DNA from: the human T2T-CHM13v2.0 reference genome, Homo sapiens
Direction: 5' to 3' (one strand)
DNA length: 64,000 nucleotides
NCBI RefSeq assembly: GCF_009914755.1
Contig: NC_060937.1
Shown: one piece after another, positions 33,324 through 46,664 of the stretch
Position numbering within the stretch: the first letter of the stretch is position 1
Layout of the letters: the number at the start of each line of letters is the position of its first letter
The notes under the pieces: model-generated
What the model saw: the letters and a program-made list of their open reading frames with translations, nothing else
The model's database searches: none
Told to the model about the DNA's origin: nothing
Position numbers and translations under genes: made by a program

Positions 33324-34084
33324 GCTACTTAAAAGGAATCTTAACGCAGTCTTTGCAAGTTCTCACTCTTTCTAATTTTCTAGTTCTGTAAAATATTCTA
33401 TATACACTCTTATGCAGGCTCTGTCCTCAATCCTAAGGAATTATCTATCTTTTCTGGTATCTCCTATGTTTTTATTTTTCTTTCCATCTCTTCTAAAAAG
33501 AGCTCTTCAGTGGTTAATCTCTTCATTCAAAAGCTCATATATCCCTATGTTCCCTAGAAAGCAGCTTCCTTTACTGGCATAATTCCCTGAATGTGTTTTA
33601 AGAGCCTTGACTAAGATGTTTTGCCTTTTAGTTTGCACTGTGCTTTTGAATGATCAATATGCATTATGGAACTAAGCTTATTCATCATTTTTTCCAATTA
33701 GGAAAACATATCAAAATTCTGACGAGAACATTTAAACATAAATAATAATACTCACCTAATGCAACTTCTCATTACTCTCCATTTTTCTACTCCCCAACTC
33801 AATATTTTTAGTTTTTCTATATTATGTTTTCATCTTTTCCAGGTAAATTTTTCAATTTAATAAGTATTTTTTGAAACAAGCCAGAACACTTTATCTTTCT
33901 GTCAAAGTTATTGTATTAATAAAAATTAGCAGAAGCCTTGAAACACCCACATTATTGCAATATTTGAGCCAGTGGCTTCTTTTGCTGGTTATGTGACTTC
34001 ATTATCAGAAAGAGACTACATTTCATCTTGCAGGAGTAGATGAAGATATGTCTCATGCATATCCTGCTCTGGAGCTATAGCTTT

Positions 34085-34185
34085 ATTTATTTATTTATTT
34101 AGGAGATGGAGTCTCGCTCTGTCACCCAGGCTGGAGTGCAGTGGCACTACATCAGTTCACTGCAACCACCACCTCCCGGGTTCAA
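34085..34185 (-). mobile_element. Severely 5'-truncated Alu (3' end of right arm only)
   Basis: (TTTA)n tail, GAGTCTCGCTCTGTC...CCGGGTTCAA; perfect 19-bp TSD at 34066-34084 and 34186-34204. Confidence 0.95.
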
Positions 34186-34396
34186 GCTCTGGAGCTATAG
34201 CTTTAAACCAATAATGAATTATTTTCAATACACACAAATGGGCATAGTTGGAGACAATAATTGTTCTAGCAATTCAGAATTCTTAAAAGGATTTTTAAGA
34301 CACAGCAGTCCATTCTAGAGTAGCTTGCTTCAACTGAGGCTAAGAGGATACTTCTACCAGAGGTCCCCTCTGTCCTGCTCTTCATCAAAAAAAGTT

Positions 34397-34682
34397 TATA
34401 GTCACCCTACTGTGCTATCAAACACTCAAACTTATTCCTTCTACCTAACTGTATGTTTGTACCCATTAACCAACCTCTCATCCCCCCACCACCGACCCCC
34501 ACCAACACACACACCTTTCCCAGCCCCTGTTAGCCATCATTCCACTCTCTACCTTTGTAAGATCAAATGTTCTAGGTAATGGATATCCTAAATACCCCAA
34601 TTTGATCATTACACCTTACATGCATGCATCAAAATATCACATGTACCCCATAAATGTGTACAAATATTATATATTAATAAAA
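34397..34682 (+). mobile_element. Short L1MA 3'UTR insertion with 5' inversion
   Basis: 34397-34566 antisense (TATAGTCACCCTACTGTGCTATC...GATCAA); 34565-34682 sense (GGATATCCTAA..CACATGTACCCCATAAAT). Confidence 0.8.
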
Positions 34683-35422
34683 GAGATTTGCTTTCTATAT
34701 CTCCTTAGCACCTTTATCATGAAGGTTGAGGGGCTCATTCCATGTATTTAAAGTTTACCTTCTTCCATTTGTTGAATAAAGGTGTCACCCTATAATTTAA
34801 AAAGTTAAATTTTTCATTTTTGACTATAAAGTAAAAAGTAGTAGGTATGAGAAGATCTAAAGCACCCAAACTCCTAAAGTCAGTTTGTTTATTTAGTATT
34901 TTTAACTATTCATTCAGAGTAATCTATTCATACTCTTAGTGACACTGATATAGGAAACTTAGACTAACTAGCCCTATAACTATATGCTATAGTTTCAAAA
35001 ATGATGTGTTGAGAGTAAAATAAAGAAAAGGAGTTACTGCTTCCTACTAACTTTGTATTCAAAGCATAAGTGAGTGAAAAAATTGAACCATTTGCAGAAG
35101 CTTTGAGTTATCTGTAACTAATTTGAGTTAGCTGCCTAATTTTTTTTCCAGCCATAAACGACATTGAAAGCGGGTGTTAAGTAAAGAACCAATAATGAAA
35201 CTACAGTATAATCTCAAGTTGAAAACATTCATAATTTTTGTAATCAGCAGTTATTTCTAAAATTAAATTATATATAGTGAAGTAAAAAATTATCTACATT
35301 TTCTACAATTTACCATAATAATTTCTCTCAGAATCCTTAATTCTTTTCCTACCTGTAAAATACAATTCAAATAACACCTGTCTTTCCAAAATGTTTATTA
35401 GTCAATGTTTATAATATAATTA

Positions 35423-35713
<291 letters not shown>

Positions 35714-36150
35714 TTATACAAAATATTAGATTTTTTATTGTTGGGGTATTTTGATTTATATTTCCATTATTCATATCTGAAACATTTGCCTTTCTAGCAC
35801 ACTTTTATTGGAGCATTAGAAATGTTTATATTGTAGCAGATTCATTGTTCCATTGTCAAGAGAAGCTGCTTTTGAAACTATGCCTGTCAAAGATACACAG
35901 CCCTTCTGGTCTTTTATTTAGACCTCATTGATGTAGCAACTTACCAATGGTAAATTAAGAAAAAAATAATAATTTTGAAAAAATGTTCAAATAAGTCTCA
36001 ATAAGAGGAGGCATTCTATGGAGAGCATAGGTGCACTTGCACCAACAGAAATTTTGCAATTAGCTACTGAGCTTCCAGTGGAAAAGCCGGCAGTCATAGA
36101 TTATAGATGTAAACACAAATTCTAAATGGCTTTTAAAGTTTAAATACCAC

Positions 36151-36467
<317 letters not shown>

Positions 36468-37554
36468 AACATCACTCTTCGTAAGAACAATTTATTAAAC
36501 AAATAATTCCAGCTTAAGAGCAGTGTAGAATTGTTTGCATTTATGTAAAAATTCTTATGGATATTAACAAGAAAATTACCTCCCTTGTTCTAAGGTGCAC
36601 ATGCAAAACCAGGGTGTTTTTATATGTTATTAGCACAGTATTGACTGAGACTCATTATGAGACTATTTGGACAAATGTCCATGCTATTTATTTTGAATTA
36701 TAACCATGAAGCATTTGTATCATTAGTTTTACTATATTCATAGCACAGAATTGAAGAAGATAGTTCCTAATATATCACAAAATTGATGCTGTTGCAGACA
36801 AGTTACTGAGTGACAATTTGAAGAGCTTTCCTCCTAAGCACAGCAACTGCTGTGTTTTGAAGCATTCAGTCAGTTATTATTTGCAGTTCTACCAGTATGG
36901 TTTTCACAGTTTGCAAAATCTGAGATACTGATTTCTAATAGTAGCCTATGTTTTTAGTCTGCTTGTTAAATTTTCTTCTAATTTGTCCTTTTTTTTTTCT
37001 TACTTATGTGATGCATAATTTAAAAAATTAGGTTTGGGGGAAATACAAGCTGCAGTTACTTCCCTGCCTTTCTATCTACTTTCTCTTGCTATTCTTTCTA
37101 CATCGAGGCACAGACAAGGAGGCCATAAACAGTCACCCTCAAACAATGAAAATTAAGATATTTCTCTCTCTTTTCTGTGATTACATGCTACCAATCAGTA
37201 CTTCTTTTTTTATTGAATATTAAAACAGGATAATGAAATGTTTTTCATAATTAGTGCTCTGGTTCACTGCAGAGAAAGTCAATGTTGAAATAAATGATAG
37301 CTCCAGGCAAGCAAGGAAAGGTAAAAATGAAAGAGAAAAAGAAAATTTACCTATTGGTCAGGAAGTGTTCTTGTAAAGTGAAAGAGAAGCTGAGTTCATG
37401 TGTCATAGATAAGGTACAAAAAGACAAAAGGGAAGTTTTCTTTCTTTCCCCTTTTTTCTTTCTGTACCTAAAGGAATGTTCTGTTATTCAATCTGTGAGC
37501 AAATAGATGTTGGGGTTGTATAACTTTTGCTAATCAGGGTATGTTGCTTTACGT

Positions 37555-37802
37555 GTCTTTCTGCCTGGAATGACAGAGTCAGGTCATGATGATGGGTGCT
37601 GTGGCAGGCATCTCGTAAACTTGAGGGGAGACCAAGAGAATTTTCAAAAGGCTACTCCTCACAAATGCTATACTCGTACCACTGAGCCACTGACTCCAGA
37701 ACTGCCAATCACTCTGCTTTCTGCAATATGAGCTTATTAAGTGTCTTTAACGCTTAAGAAGAGTTGGTTGAGTATTTTGTATACCAGAAATCATCCCGAG
37801 AC
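37555..37802 (+). mobile_element. Old MLT1 (MaLR) LTR fragment
   Basis: TTTCTGCCTGGAATG..GGTGCTGTGGCAGGCATCT..CTGAGCCACTGA..GAGTATTTTGT. Confidence 0.45.
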
Positions 37803-37928
37803 TATCTCAAGAAGCAAGATAGTCAACATTCTTTGAAGGGTTGGTGCTCACTTCAAGTTAGCAATGGTAAACAAACAAACATTTATTCACGGAAGACAGT
37901 GAGGATGAGGAAGAGATTCAGACTCTGA

Positions 37929-38286
<358 letters not shown>

Positions 38287-38674
38287 AGGATTGCGTTTTA
38301 ATATTTATAAATAAAAGGGACAGTGATATCATCTTAAGTATGTATTATACATTATTTAATGTTTAAACAATAGCATATATATGTAATGATCTAAGACCAA
38401 TTCTTTAAATATTTACCATACTGATCATGCCTACGCCATTCATACTAAAGATCTCTTAGAGTCGAAATATATAGCTGACAACCTTCCAGCATATGCAGCT
38501 AATGATGAATAAATAAAAACACAAACCAATGTACATTGTATAATACGGATCTATATTTTACTCACTGCGCTCTGGGCCACACATGATAGAACCAACTCTG
38601 AAGGAAAATTGTGCCCATATACCATGGCCATGTTTTGGTCTATGTTTTTATGCTAGAAAGTCCTTCCATTTCTT

Positions 38675-38782
38675 TCTTTTTTTTTTTTTTTAACTTTTAG
38701 TTCCAGGGGTATATGTACAGGTTTGTTCTTTAAATAAATTGTGTGTGTCACGAGAGTTTGGTGTACACATTATTTCATCACC
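38675..38782 (-). mobile_element. Extreme 3' end of an older L1PA (PA13-16-like)
   Basis: Poly(T) then TCCAGGGGTATATGTACAGGTTTGTT..TTTGGTGTACA..TATTTCATCACC. Confidence 0.75.
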
Positions 38783-40669
38783 TATTTCTTAAAATTTAGT
38801 CTGTTCAAAAATTGTTTTAACTATTTGAATTATTACTAAATGCCTATAAGTTCAGTGACATATCACTGCTGAAAGTTTAGACAATTTGCATAACTCTTTA
38901 AGACAAGCCAAGAATGATACATCATGCCTATGAAAAAAAAAAGCATGTGATTGCTTTATGAATATCATGGTCCCAAAATATGGCAGTTGTTCAGAAATAT
39001 GGTAGCATGTACATGTATATACATGTGCATATATGCACATCTGTGTTATATAATGCTTAAAGAAAAGGAAAAGAGGATTCAATTGTTATCAAATGACTAT
39101 CAACTTCATGGTGTATATGAAGTTCCAAGCTGAAGAATTTGCTCAATCATATTATAAATAGATCTTTTGACCAAGGGTACACCACAGAATACAGTGAAAG
39201 GCAAGTAAATACTGTCCAAAGTTTGCAAATCAGGTAGAGGGCATGTGTCTCTTGTCAAAAGTTCATATCAAGGTTTATTCTTATTTGGATGTGGTGCATA
39301 TAGCTTTTATATGCATATAAATCACACATACATATACATACATATAATTGTAACTTCAATTTTTATCTATGGCATTTTACTCAGAATTCCCATGTGGTTG
39401 AATTATGTTTATAAAGTTGACATACAGCTTTCAGTTTCTTAAGTGAACACTTACAGCTGTTCATCATAACCTAATGTTTCTCTTACTTTGTGAGTCTTTT
39501 AAAATTAAACTCAGAAATTAGACTTCTATGAAAACAAATACTGCTTAAAGAAATAAATATATAATTATATTAAATTTAAATGATATAGTATAATTTTATA
39601 ATTAAAATTATATTATATACTAAATTTTGACTTGTTAAAAAAAATGAGTAGTAATAATAAGGCACCCAAGGTAAATGTGAACATAAACGAACTTTTCTTG
39701 AGATCAAGGTCTCTCCCCAGCAAACTCCACAACTATTCAAAAAGCTGAAAAGATAAATATAAGGAAATCTTTCACTATCTTTAAAAGATGCTCAGCTTGC
39801 TTACCAATGATGAGAATTCATCTTTACAAAGAATAATACAAATATTTAAAACTTAGCCCCAAATCCAATATTTGTCCTTGGTTGATCTTCACATTCCCTA
39901 AAAAGTTTTCATCTGGCCACACCCCAATTTTAACCTTGAAAACTTACAAAAGCAGATCATTCAAGCTGTTCCAAACAATAAAATGTTTCAGGGTGACAAG
40001 GAGGAACAAATATATATTTCCAAAACTCTAATAAACTTTTGTTCAAAATGATTACTCATGTCAGTGACCAAAATTGGAACAGCACATCAGCGTTCTAGTA
40101 GAGTCACAGCCTGTTCTAAATCTTAAAAGACAAACAAACAAAAAACATAAAGTGCCACATCTCACAATAAACAAAATGTATTCAGATACAATTGTAGGAA
40201 GAGATTTTTTTGTTGGAGGAAAGCATGGGCATTTGAAGAAAATGTTTTAGGTACAGTGAGGTTGGTTTTTGTCCCCACTGTTTCATATTTTATCTACTTG
40301 CATAAGCTAAAGTACATTCCTCAATTCAGGTTCCAGCCATTCAAATCTCTATTCCTACATAAAGTTCTAAACCCACTAATCTCTCAGGTCTTTGATAAGT
40401 CAACACTGCAATCAATAGCTTGCTGTCTTCAGCTTCAGGTCTCAGTGGCATTCTTTGATTAATATCAGCTTTCCAGGAGAAACATAAAAATCATATCATG
40501 CAACTGGATCAAACTGCCATGCAACTTCAGAAAACTGAGACATTCAAGGAAAGTATGAAATGAACAGTAGTAGATAAATGTCAACTTCAGGTTTTTTGAC
40601 ATGTTGTTATATTTAAATTAAAGGCAATGTTATTTGGGTTCCTTCCTGCTCTAAACATGTTGGTTTTCC

Positions 40670-41010
40670 CTTTCAGGAGATTCCGATAAAATATATGATC
40701 ATCCCTTGCCAACATTTTGAATTCCTCTTCTGTGCAGACAGCAGGGTTTATATGATAAAATTTTAATGACCATGGACCTGCATAACAATGCGAGGCACCA
40801 GCACACTTTCAATAAGGCTATGCATTTGTTAAGACTGGCATTGGGTGGTATTCTCTAAGCGGAAGCCTTCGTGGTCTGAGAAGCAGGCTTAGTAGAGATA
40901 GAAGCTGCTCCGGAGAAAGCGCCATTATCATGCAGCAGTTGTCCGGATGAAATGGACATTTATGAATCACTGCCAAGGAAACTATATTATGGGTTGTAAA
41001 TTAAAACCAG
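40670..41010. promoter_or_regulatory. Candidate enhancer-like non-repeat element
   Basis: SOX-POU composite at 40776-40790, HOX-like and ETS cores, locally retained CpGs. Confidence 0.35.
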
Positions 41011-42680
41011 GGTTTAACATACACCCAGCACTAGGCTGGAGGATCTAGTTTTCAGATTACCCCACAGACTTAGTTAAAAGCAGCTTTAGAGTGCCCCTCA
41101 ATCCCTGATTACACCCCCTTCAACTTTCCACGAAATCCTACACTATTTTCTGGTTGCAGTTTCATAGGGGCTGAGGGTGTATAAATCTATTCAGGAGAAG
41201 TTTTGGATTTTTGTTTAACTCCTTTTCAATTCTGGGCTAAGTAGTGTTGGAACTGTTCTTTATCAGTGTTAAATCATGCAGTTATGTTACTCGCTCGACT
41301 TGCAACGAAATGGTTTATGAACTTGGCTTCTTGACTTACATATATACCCTCAGAGCTGAGCCTGGGGATATTTATACTTTCTGCAGCTTTACTGTATGCA
41401 TTCTATAAACAAATTTAAAAATCCAACATAACTTTTCTACTCCAAAAGTGTTATTTTAAAGGATTTTTTGTTTGTTTGTTTTTTGTTTGTGACTCTGGCT
41501 ATCCTTGTGAATTATCATGACCCAAATTGACAGAATATAAATAGAAAATTATTAAGGTTTTATTCTTGATCTACAAGTACTATCTTTCAGGAATTTTCAG
41601 GTTTATGTTGAGTACACACTGCTATTCTTGTTACATTGTGAAAATCTGACTGATACTAGGATAGCTCTTTCAGTGAGAACTGTAGTGTGGCTTTCATGTG
41701 GCAGATATATTTTGAAAGTTCTTTTCTGGCACCAAGAGTACTGACCAAGAGCAGAGGAATGAAAGATGGAAACTCGGGTGATGGTTCAGGATTGTTCCAT
41801 TTCATAAATGAAAATATATGACTGCCATACTTCAGTATCTCAGCAGTGTGAAATCAACTGGACCGTATGGTAAAGAAGAAAGTTGAAAATGTGGAGGAGT
41901 CATTTATTTACTCTATAAGAACCTGGATTAATGACCAGTGAAGAAATGTTTTTCTGAGCAATAAAAATATCAGAATACTGACGTATAAAACATTTTTTGG
42001 TAATAAAAATAGTGAAAAGATCATTGAAATGAAAATAGAAAGATGAGGGGCGTGAAGGGAGGAAGACTATAACTATTAGAATATGGTTGTTAGATTGTCC
42101 AGTAAAGAAAATAATTGCTAGAAGTTTGACATTATGATGTAAATAACAGTTCATAAGTAAAAGATGAAAACAGCTGTTCGACTAGAGACAGAAATCACAA
42201 ATGCTTTAAAACAAGTTGCACAAAACTCCACTTGGAATCAAGGAAATAGCCTTTAACTTTGGATCCCAGTATAAGAAATCATTTTGGAACTTTAGAATAT
42301 AAAATGAATTAAATTTGATCACATTCAGAAAAGCCACACATTTCCAACTTTTTAAAAAGATATTTTAAGATCACTATAGGCTTGAGAGAATAAGAATAAA
42401 GTGATGACAAACATAAATACCATATAAATACAGTCAAATATAAATATGTATATGTATTTAGGATTTTAAGAAAGTGTAACCTGGTATGATGTTTACAGTA
42501 TTAATTTTTAATGTAATTGCTCATAATGTGATACTATAGCAAGCTGCCTAAAGAAAGATGCACATACCCTAAATCTAATTTAATTAGGTTTGAACCAAAA
42601 TTAGATCCAATTTCCCAATGAAATTACAAATCTAATACTCAAAAACACCTAGCCAGATAATCCACTCTTCTTCATACTAT

Positions 42681-44040
42681 TGTGATATTATGCTAGAATA
42701 AGTAATGTAAGTTTGATCTTTGCCCCTAGTTTCTGGCACAGAGTTCCTAAAAGCCTTGTAATATCTGGAGTGATCACGTTGGTAGGAGGATCTTTTGTTA
42801 TAGTATTGGGTCTTTGCCCTGGTTCCCGACACAGGGCTCCTACATTTCTTGGAATTTTGTGAGTAATAGAAGAGTTTTTTGTTCTGAGGCAAGTCTTAGC
42901 AGTCCTGTACTCTGGCTTCACCAGTCTTGGTCGCCAAAAAGACTAAACCTTGATTAGAAGCTTGGAACTTTTGACCCCACCTCAAAACACCAGGGAGGAG
43001 AGGGGGTCAGGAGATTGAATTAATTATATATTATGCCTATGTGACAAAACTTTCATAAAAGCCTCCAGATGATGGGGTTCACGGAACTTCTGCATTGGCA
43101 AATGCATCCATGTGTCTCCAGATCCAAGGGGACTCTTATATTGGAGATCCTTCTGGAATTGGAACTGCATCAGACCAGTCTGGTTCAACTTTTGTGTAAC
43201 AAGGTTGTGAGTTGTTTTTCAGTTTCCATGGACCCCCAGATTGAAGGTCCCATAACCTGAGCATGCCCAGGTGAACCCAAAATGCAACCACAGGCAGAAC
43301 CTAAGTACCGGACCAAGGAGCAAGGACTGTATTAAGAGGCAGATACAGAATGGCAAGATGTAGAATCCAATCAGATCAAGTCCTGTTGTTACCATACGGC
43401 ATGATCCAGTCAGATCCTGGCTTCCAGCATCATTTCACTGCAAGATCCAATCAGACCACACCTCATGCCCCATCCCTATAAAACCTGGCCCAGCCCCCAG
43501 CTTGGGGAGACAGATCTGAGTGTTTCCTCTTGTCTTCTTACCAGTTGACTCACAATACACCTTTCTCACTACAAAAACCCAGTGCTTTGGTGTTCAGCTT
43601 TCCATTGTGTGTGGGCAAATGGATCAGTTTTCTTTAGTGACAGAAGTTGCTCTATATACCTCTTCAACCTGGCTGTTTATTTGTATTTTTATAATATTTT
43701 TATAATGAATCAGTAATAAGTAAAATACTGCCCTGAGTTTTATGAGTTGTTCTAGCAAATTTTCAAACCTGACAAGGGAGCTTTGGTAACCTCCGACTTT
43801 GTAGCGAAGTTGAACAAAAGTGTGGGTACCCTAGGCCTTGAATAACTGTGATTGGCATCTGAAGTGGGTGCAGTCTTGTGAGACTAAGAACTTCATTTGT
43901 GGTGTCTGTGCTAACTCCGTGTACTATAAAAATCAAATTGAAGTGTAGCTCACCTAGTTGGTATTTGTTTACAAAGTTGAGAATTGGTTGGTGTGGAAAA
44001 AAGAAAAAAAAAACAAGCATTTGTTGTCAGAAATGTTATG
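42681..44040 (+). mobile_element. MER21-family (ERVL) LTR, interrupted by a second LTR
   Basis: TGTGATATT start; duplicated TCTTTGCCC..GCACAGAGTTCCTAAA motif; CATTTGTTGTCAGAA end. Confidence 0.8.
43166..43642 (+). mobile_element. Solo LTR (LTR47-like) nested in MER21
   Basis: TG...CA termini; CTGGTTCAACTTTTGTGTAACAA..CCTGAGCATGCCCAG; CCAAT boxes and TATAAAA; family name recalled, not verified. Confidence 0.7.
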
Positions 44041-44174
44041 CAAACAGTCCATAATACTAAAGCACTTACACAATAGCAATCACATTAATGTGACTTGTTT
44101 ACAAATATAAACATACAGATCATATTAAAAACTCAGAATTGGGCTATTTCATAATCAGTGGCCCCTTTAATCAG

Positions 44175-44682
44175 TATTATGGATGGAATGTTTATGTCCC
44201 CCCAGACGTTATATGTTGAAACTTAGCCCCCAGTGTGACGTTATTCAGAGGTGGGGTCTTTGGGAGATGATTTATTCTTGAGGGTGAATCCCTCATGCAT
44301 GGGATTACTGCCTTTATAAAAGTGACCCTGAAACTGCTCGTGGTGGTAAACACCTGCTAGTCCCAGCTACTCAGGAGGCTGAGGCGGAAAGACTGTGTGA
44401 GCCCAGGAGTTCAACATCAGCCTGGGTAACATAGCAAGACCCAGTCTCTAGAGAAAAATAAGACCTCAGAGAGCTCTCTTGCTCTCTTTCTGCCATGTGA
44501 GCATATGTACAAAGAGAAGTTAGTAATCTAAAACCTGCAAGAGGGCCCTCATCAGAACCCAACCAGGCTGACACCATCCTCCCAGACTTGTGGCCTCCAG
44601 CACTCTGAGAAATAAATTTCTGTCGCTTATAAGCCACCAAGTTTATAGTACTTTGTTACAGTAGCCCAAACTGAATATGACA
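44175..44682 (+). mobile_element. MLT1A/MSTD-like MaLR solo LTR
   Basis: ATGGATGGAATGTTTATGTCCCCCC...GAGAAATAAATTTCTGT..TAAGCCACC..GACA. Confidence 0.85.
44332..44459 (+). mobile_element. FLAM_A Alu monomer nested in the MaLR LTR
   Basis: TAGTCCCAGCTACTCAGGAGGCTGAGG..GAGCCCAGGAGTTC..AGCCTGGGTAACATAGCAAGACCC, single monomer. Confidence 0.8.
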
Positions 44683-44902
44683 TTTAGGTTAAAAAAAATA
44701 TATATTGAAATACAGAATGTGGTGGGGAAGTGGAGGTCAGGGATATTAGAAACAAAGAAATATTTAATAACTTTTGCTGGTAAAATTTTTTGTAATTTTG
44801 GAAAAATATAAAGTATAGTTTATAACAATACATCAAATTGCAGTTTGATTAAGTATTAAAAGTCATAAAAATATTTATTTTCATTTTGAATGGAACAAAC
44901 AC

Positions 44903-45049
44903 AATCAGGGTTTTATTTAGAATGAGAAGTGAAGTCACAGATGCCAGGAAGAAAACCAAAAATATTGGCATGGCTGAAGAAAGAAATTGAGATAATTTTT
45001 GAAACTTCTTCATCCTGAATCTTTGCTCAATGAGGAGAAAAAGCAAGAA
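44903..45049 (+). repeat. Copy A of a ~150-bp local direct duplication (partner 48111-48267)
   Basis: Ungapped 120-nt core with about 21 differences by manual alignment. Confidence 0.9.
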
Positions 45050-45171
45050 CAGAAGAGTCAAGAACATTAAAAAAAAAAGATTAGATATACCCTTTTTACT
45101 AGTAATAGAATGTTGTTAAAAGGTTCTTTTTCTTACTATTTTTCCAAAGCAAAGGGTATTTTATTTCAGAA

Positions 45172-45378
45172 CTGGATCTGCTGGACATAGGGATGATTTG
45201 CATCCCAGGAGAGATGGCGTGGGATAGTAAGAGATTTCATGTGCTATTTAAATGGTGCACAATTTAAAACTATGAATTGTTTATTTCTGGAATTTTCCAT
45301 AAACATTTTCAGACCATAGTTCACTGCAGGTAGTTGAAATCACAGAAAGTGAAACCATGGATAAGGAGAAACCATAAG
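45172..45378. mobile_element. Tigger2-family (TcMar) terminal fragment
   Basis: CAATTTAAAACTATGAATTGTTTATTTCTGGAATTTTCCAT..GAAACCATGGATAAGG. Confidence 0.75.
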
Positions 45379-45538
45379 TAATGAAATTCTAAAACTTAAG
45401 TTTCAAATGAAAAGCAGTATTACTTACTGGAAAGAAGTACATAACAGATCTTTACTTTCTCTCCCTGAAGCTGTAAAAATTTTACTAACTTTTCCAAGAC
45501 TAGATTGCTATAGTTCATCTATGAAACAGGTACCCTAA

Positions 45539-45856
<318 letters not shown>

Positions 45857-45872
45857 AAGAAATACTGGCTAT

Positions 45873-46208
45873 CCCATGTATTCCCTCATGTTTTCAGCCC
45901 CTTTGCCAGTTAAGCAAGACCATGTAACTAGTTCTGGTCACTGAATTGTGGTCAAAATGAAGTATGTCATTTCTGGTTGAGGCTATAAAAAACATTTGTA
46001 CAATTCTCCATTCTCTCTTTCCTTGTTGTTGCCCTTACCAAAGCCCATGTTTCTAGTGATGCATCTCCAGGATGGGGGTGTTTCGTAAGTCTGGATCCCT
46101 GACTGGCCGACTGTGTGGGATGGAGTTATTCCACAAGCATGGGGCTTGTAGCGCGAAAGAGAAGTACAGTTGTATAGTATTAGTCTTCTGAGATTTGGGG
46201 GATTGTGT
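45873..46208 (+). mobile_element. Old MLT1I/J- or LTR16-like LTR
   Basis: CAGTTAAGCAAGACCATGTAACTAGTTCTGG..TGTCATTTCTGG..CTGAGATTTGGGGGATTGT. Confidence 0.55.
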
Positions 46209-46217
46209 GTATGTGTG

Positions 46218-46447
46218 TGTGTTAGTCCACTTTCATACTGCTATAAAGAACTGCCCGAGACTGGGTAATTTATAAAGGAAAGATGTTTAATTGACTACTC
46301 ACAGTGCAACATGGCTGGGGAGGCATTAGGAAACTTACAATCATGGAGGAAGACAAAGGAGAAACAAAGCACCTTCTTCACAAGGCAGCAGGAAGGAGAA
46401 GTGCCGAGCAAAGGGCGAAGAGCCCCTTATAAAACCATCAGATCATG
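46218..46447 (-). mobile_element. THE1 (D-like) LTR, truncated
   Basis: TGTGTTAGTCCA..CTGCTATAAAGAACTGCCCGAGACTGGGTAATTTATAAAG...CCTTATAAAACCATCAGATC, then an abrupt end. Confidence 0.9.
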
Positions 46448-46664
46448 CCAAAGGAGAAAAAGAATATAAAACTAGAAATCAAGATCTCAAGTATCTAATT
46501 AAAAAAAACAAAAACAAAACAAACACAAAACTGGCCATGGGTTATCACAAAGACAATTGCAAACAAAAGCAGTTAATTCTCTGAAATTTTCTTTTTTAAC
46601 AAGTTGAGTTGATGTCATATACAGATAGCTTCTACTCTTTACATTAGCAATTGTCTTTCTTACT

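Noticed and set aside
42717-42855. Two ~40-bp direct repeats with a spacer, superficially CRISPR-like
   Set aside because: This is the internal duplication of the MER21 LTR; only two diverged units in eukaryotic DNA
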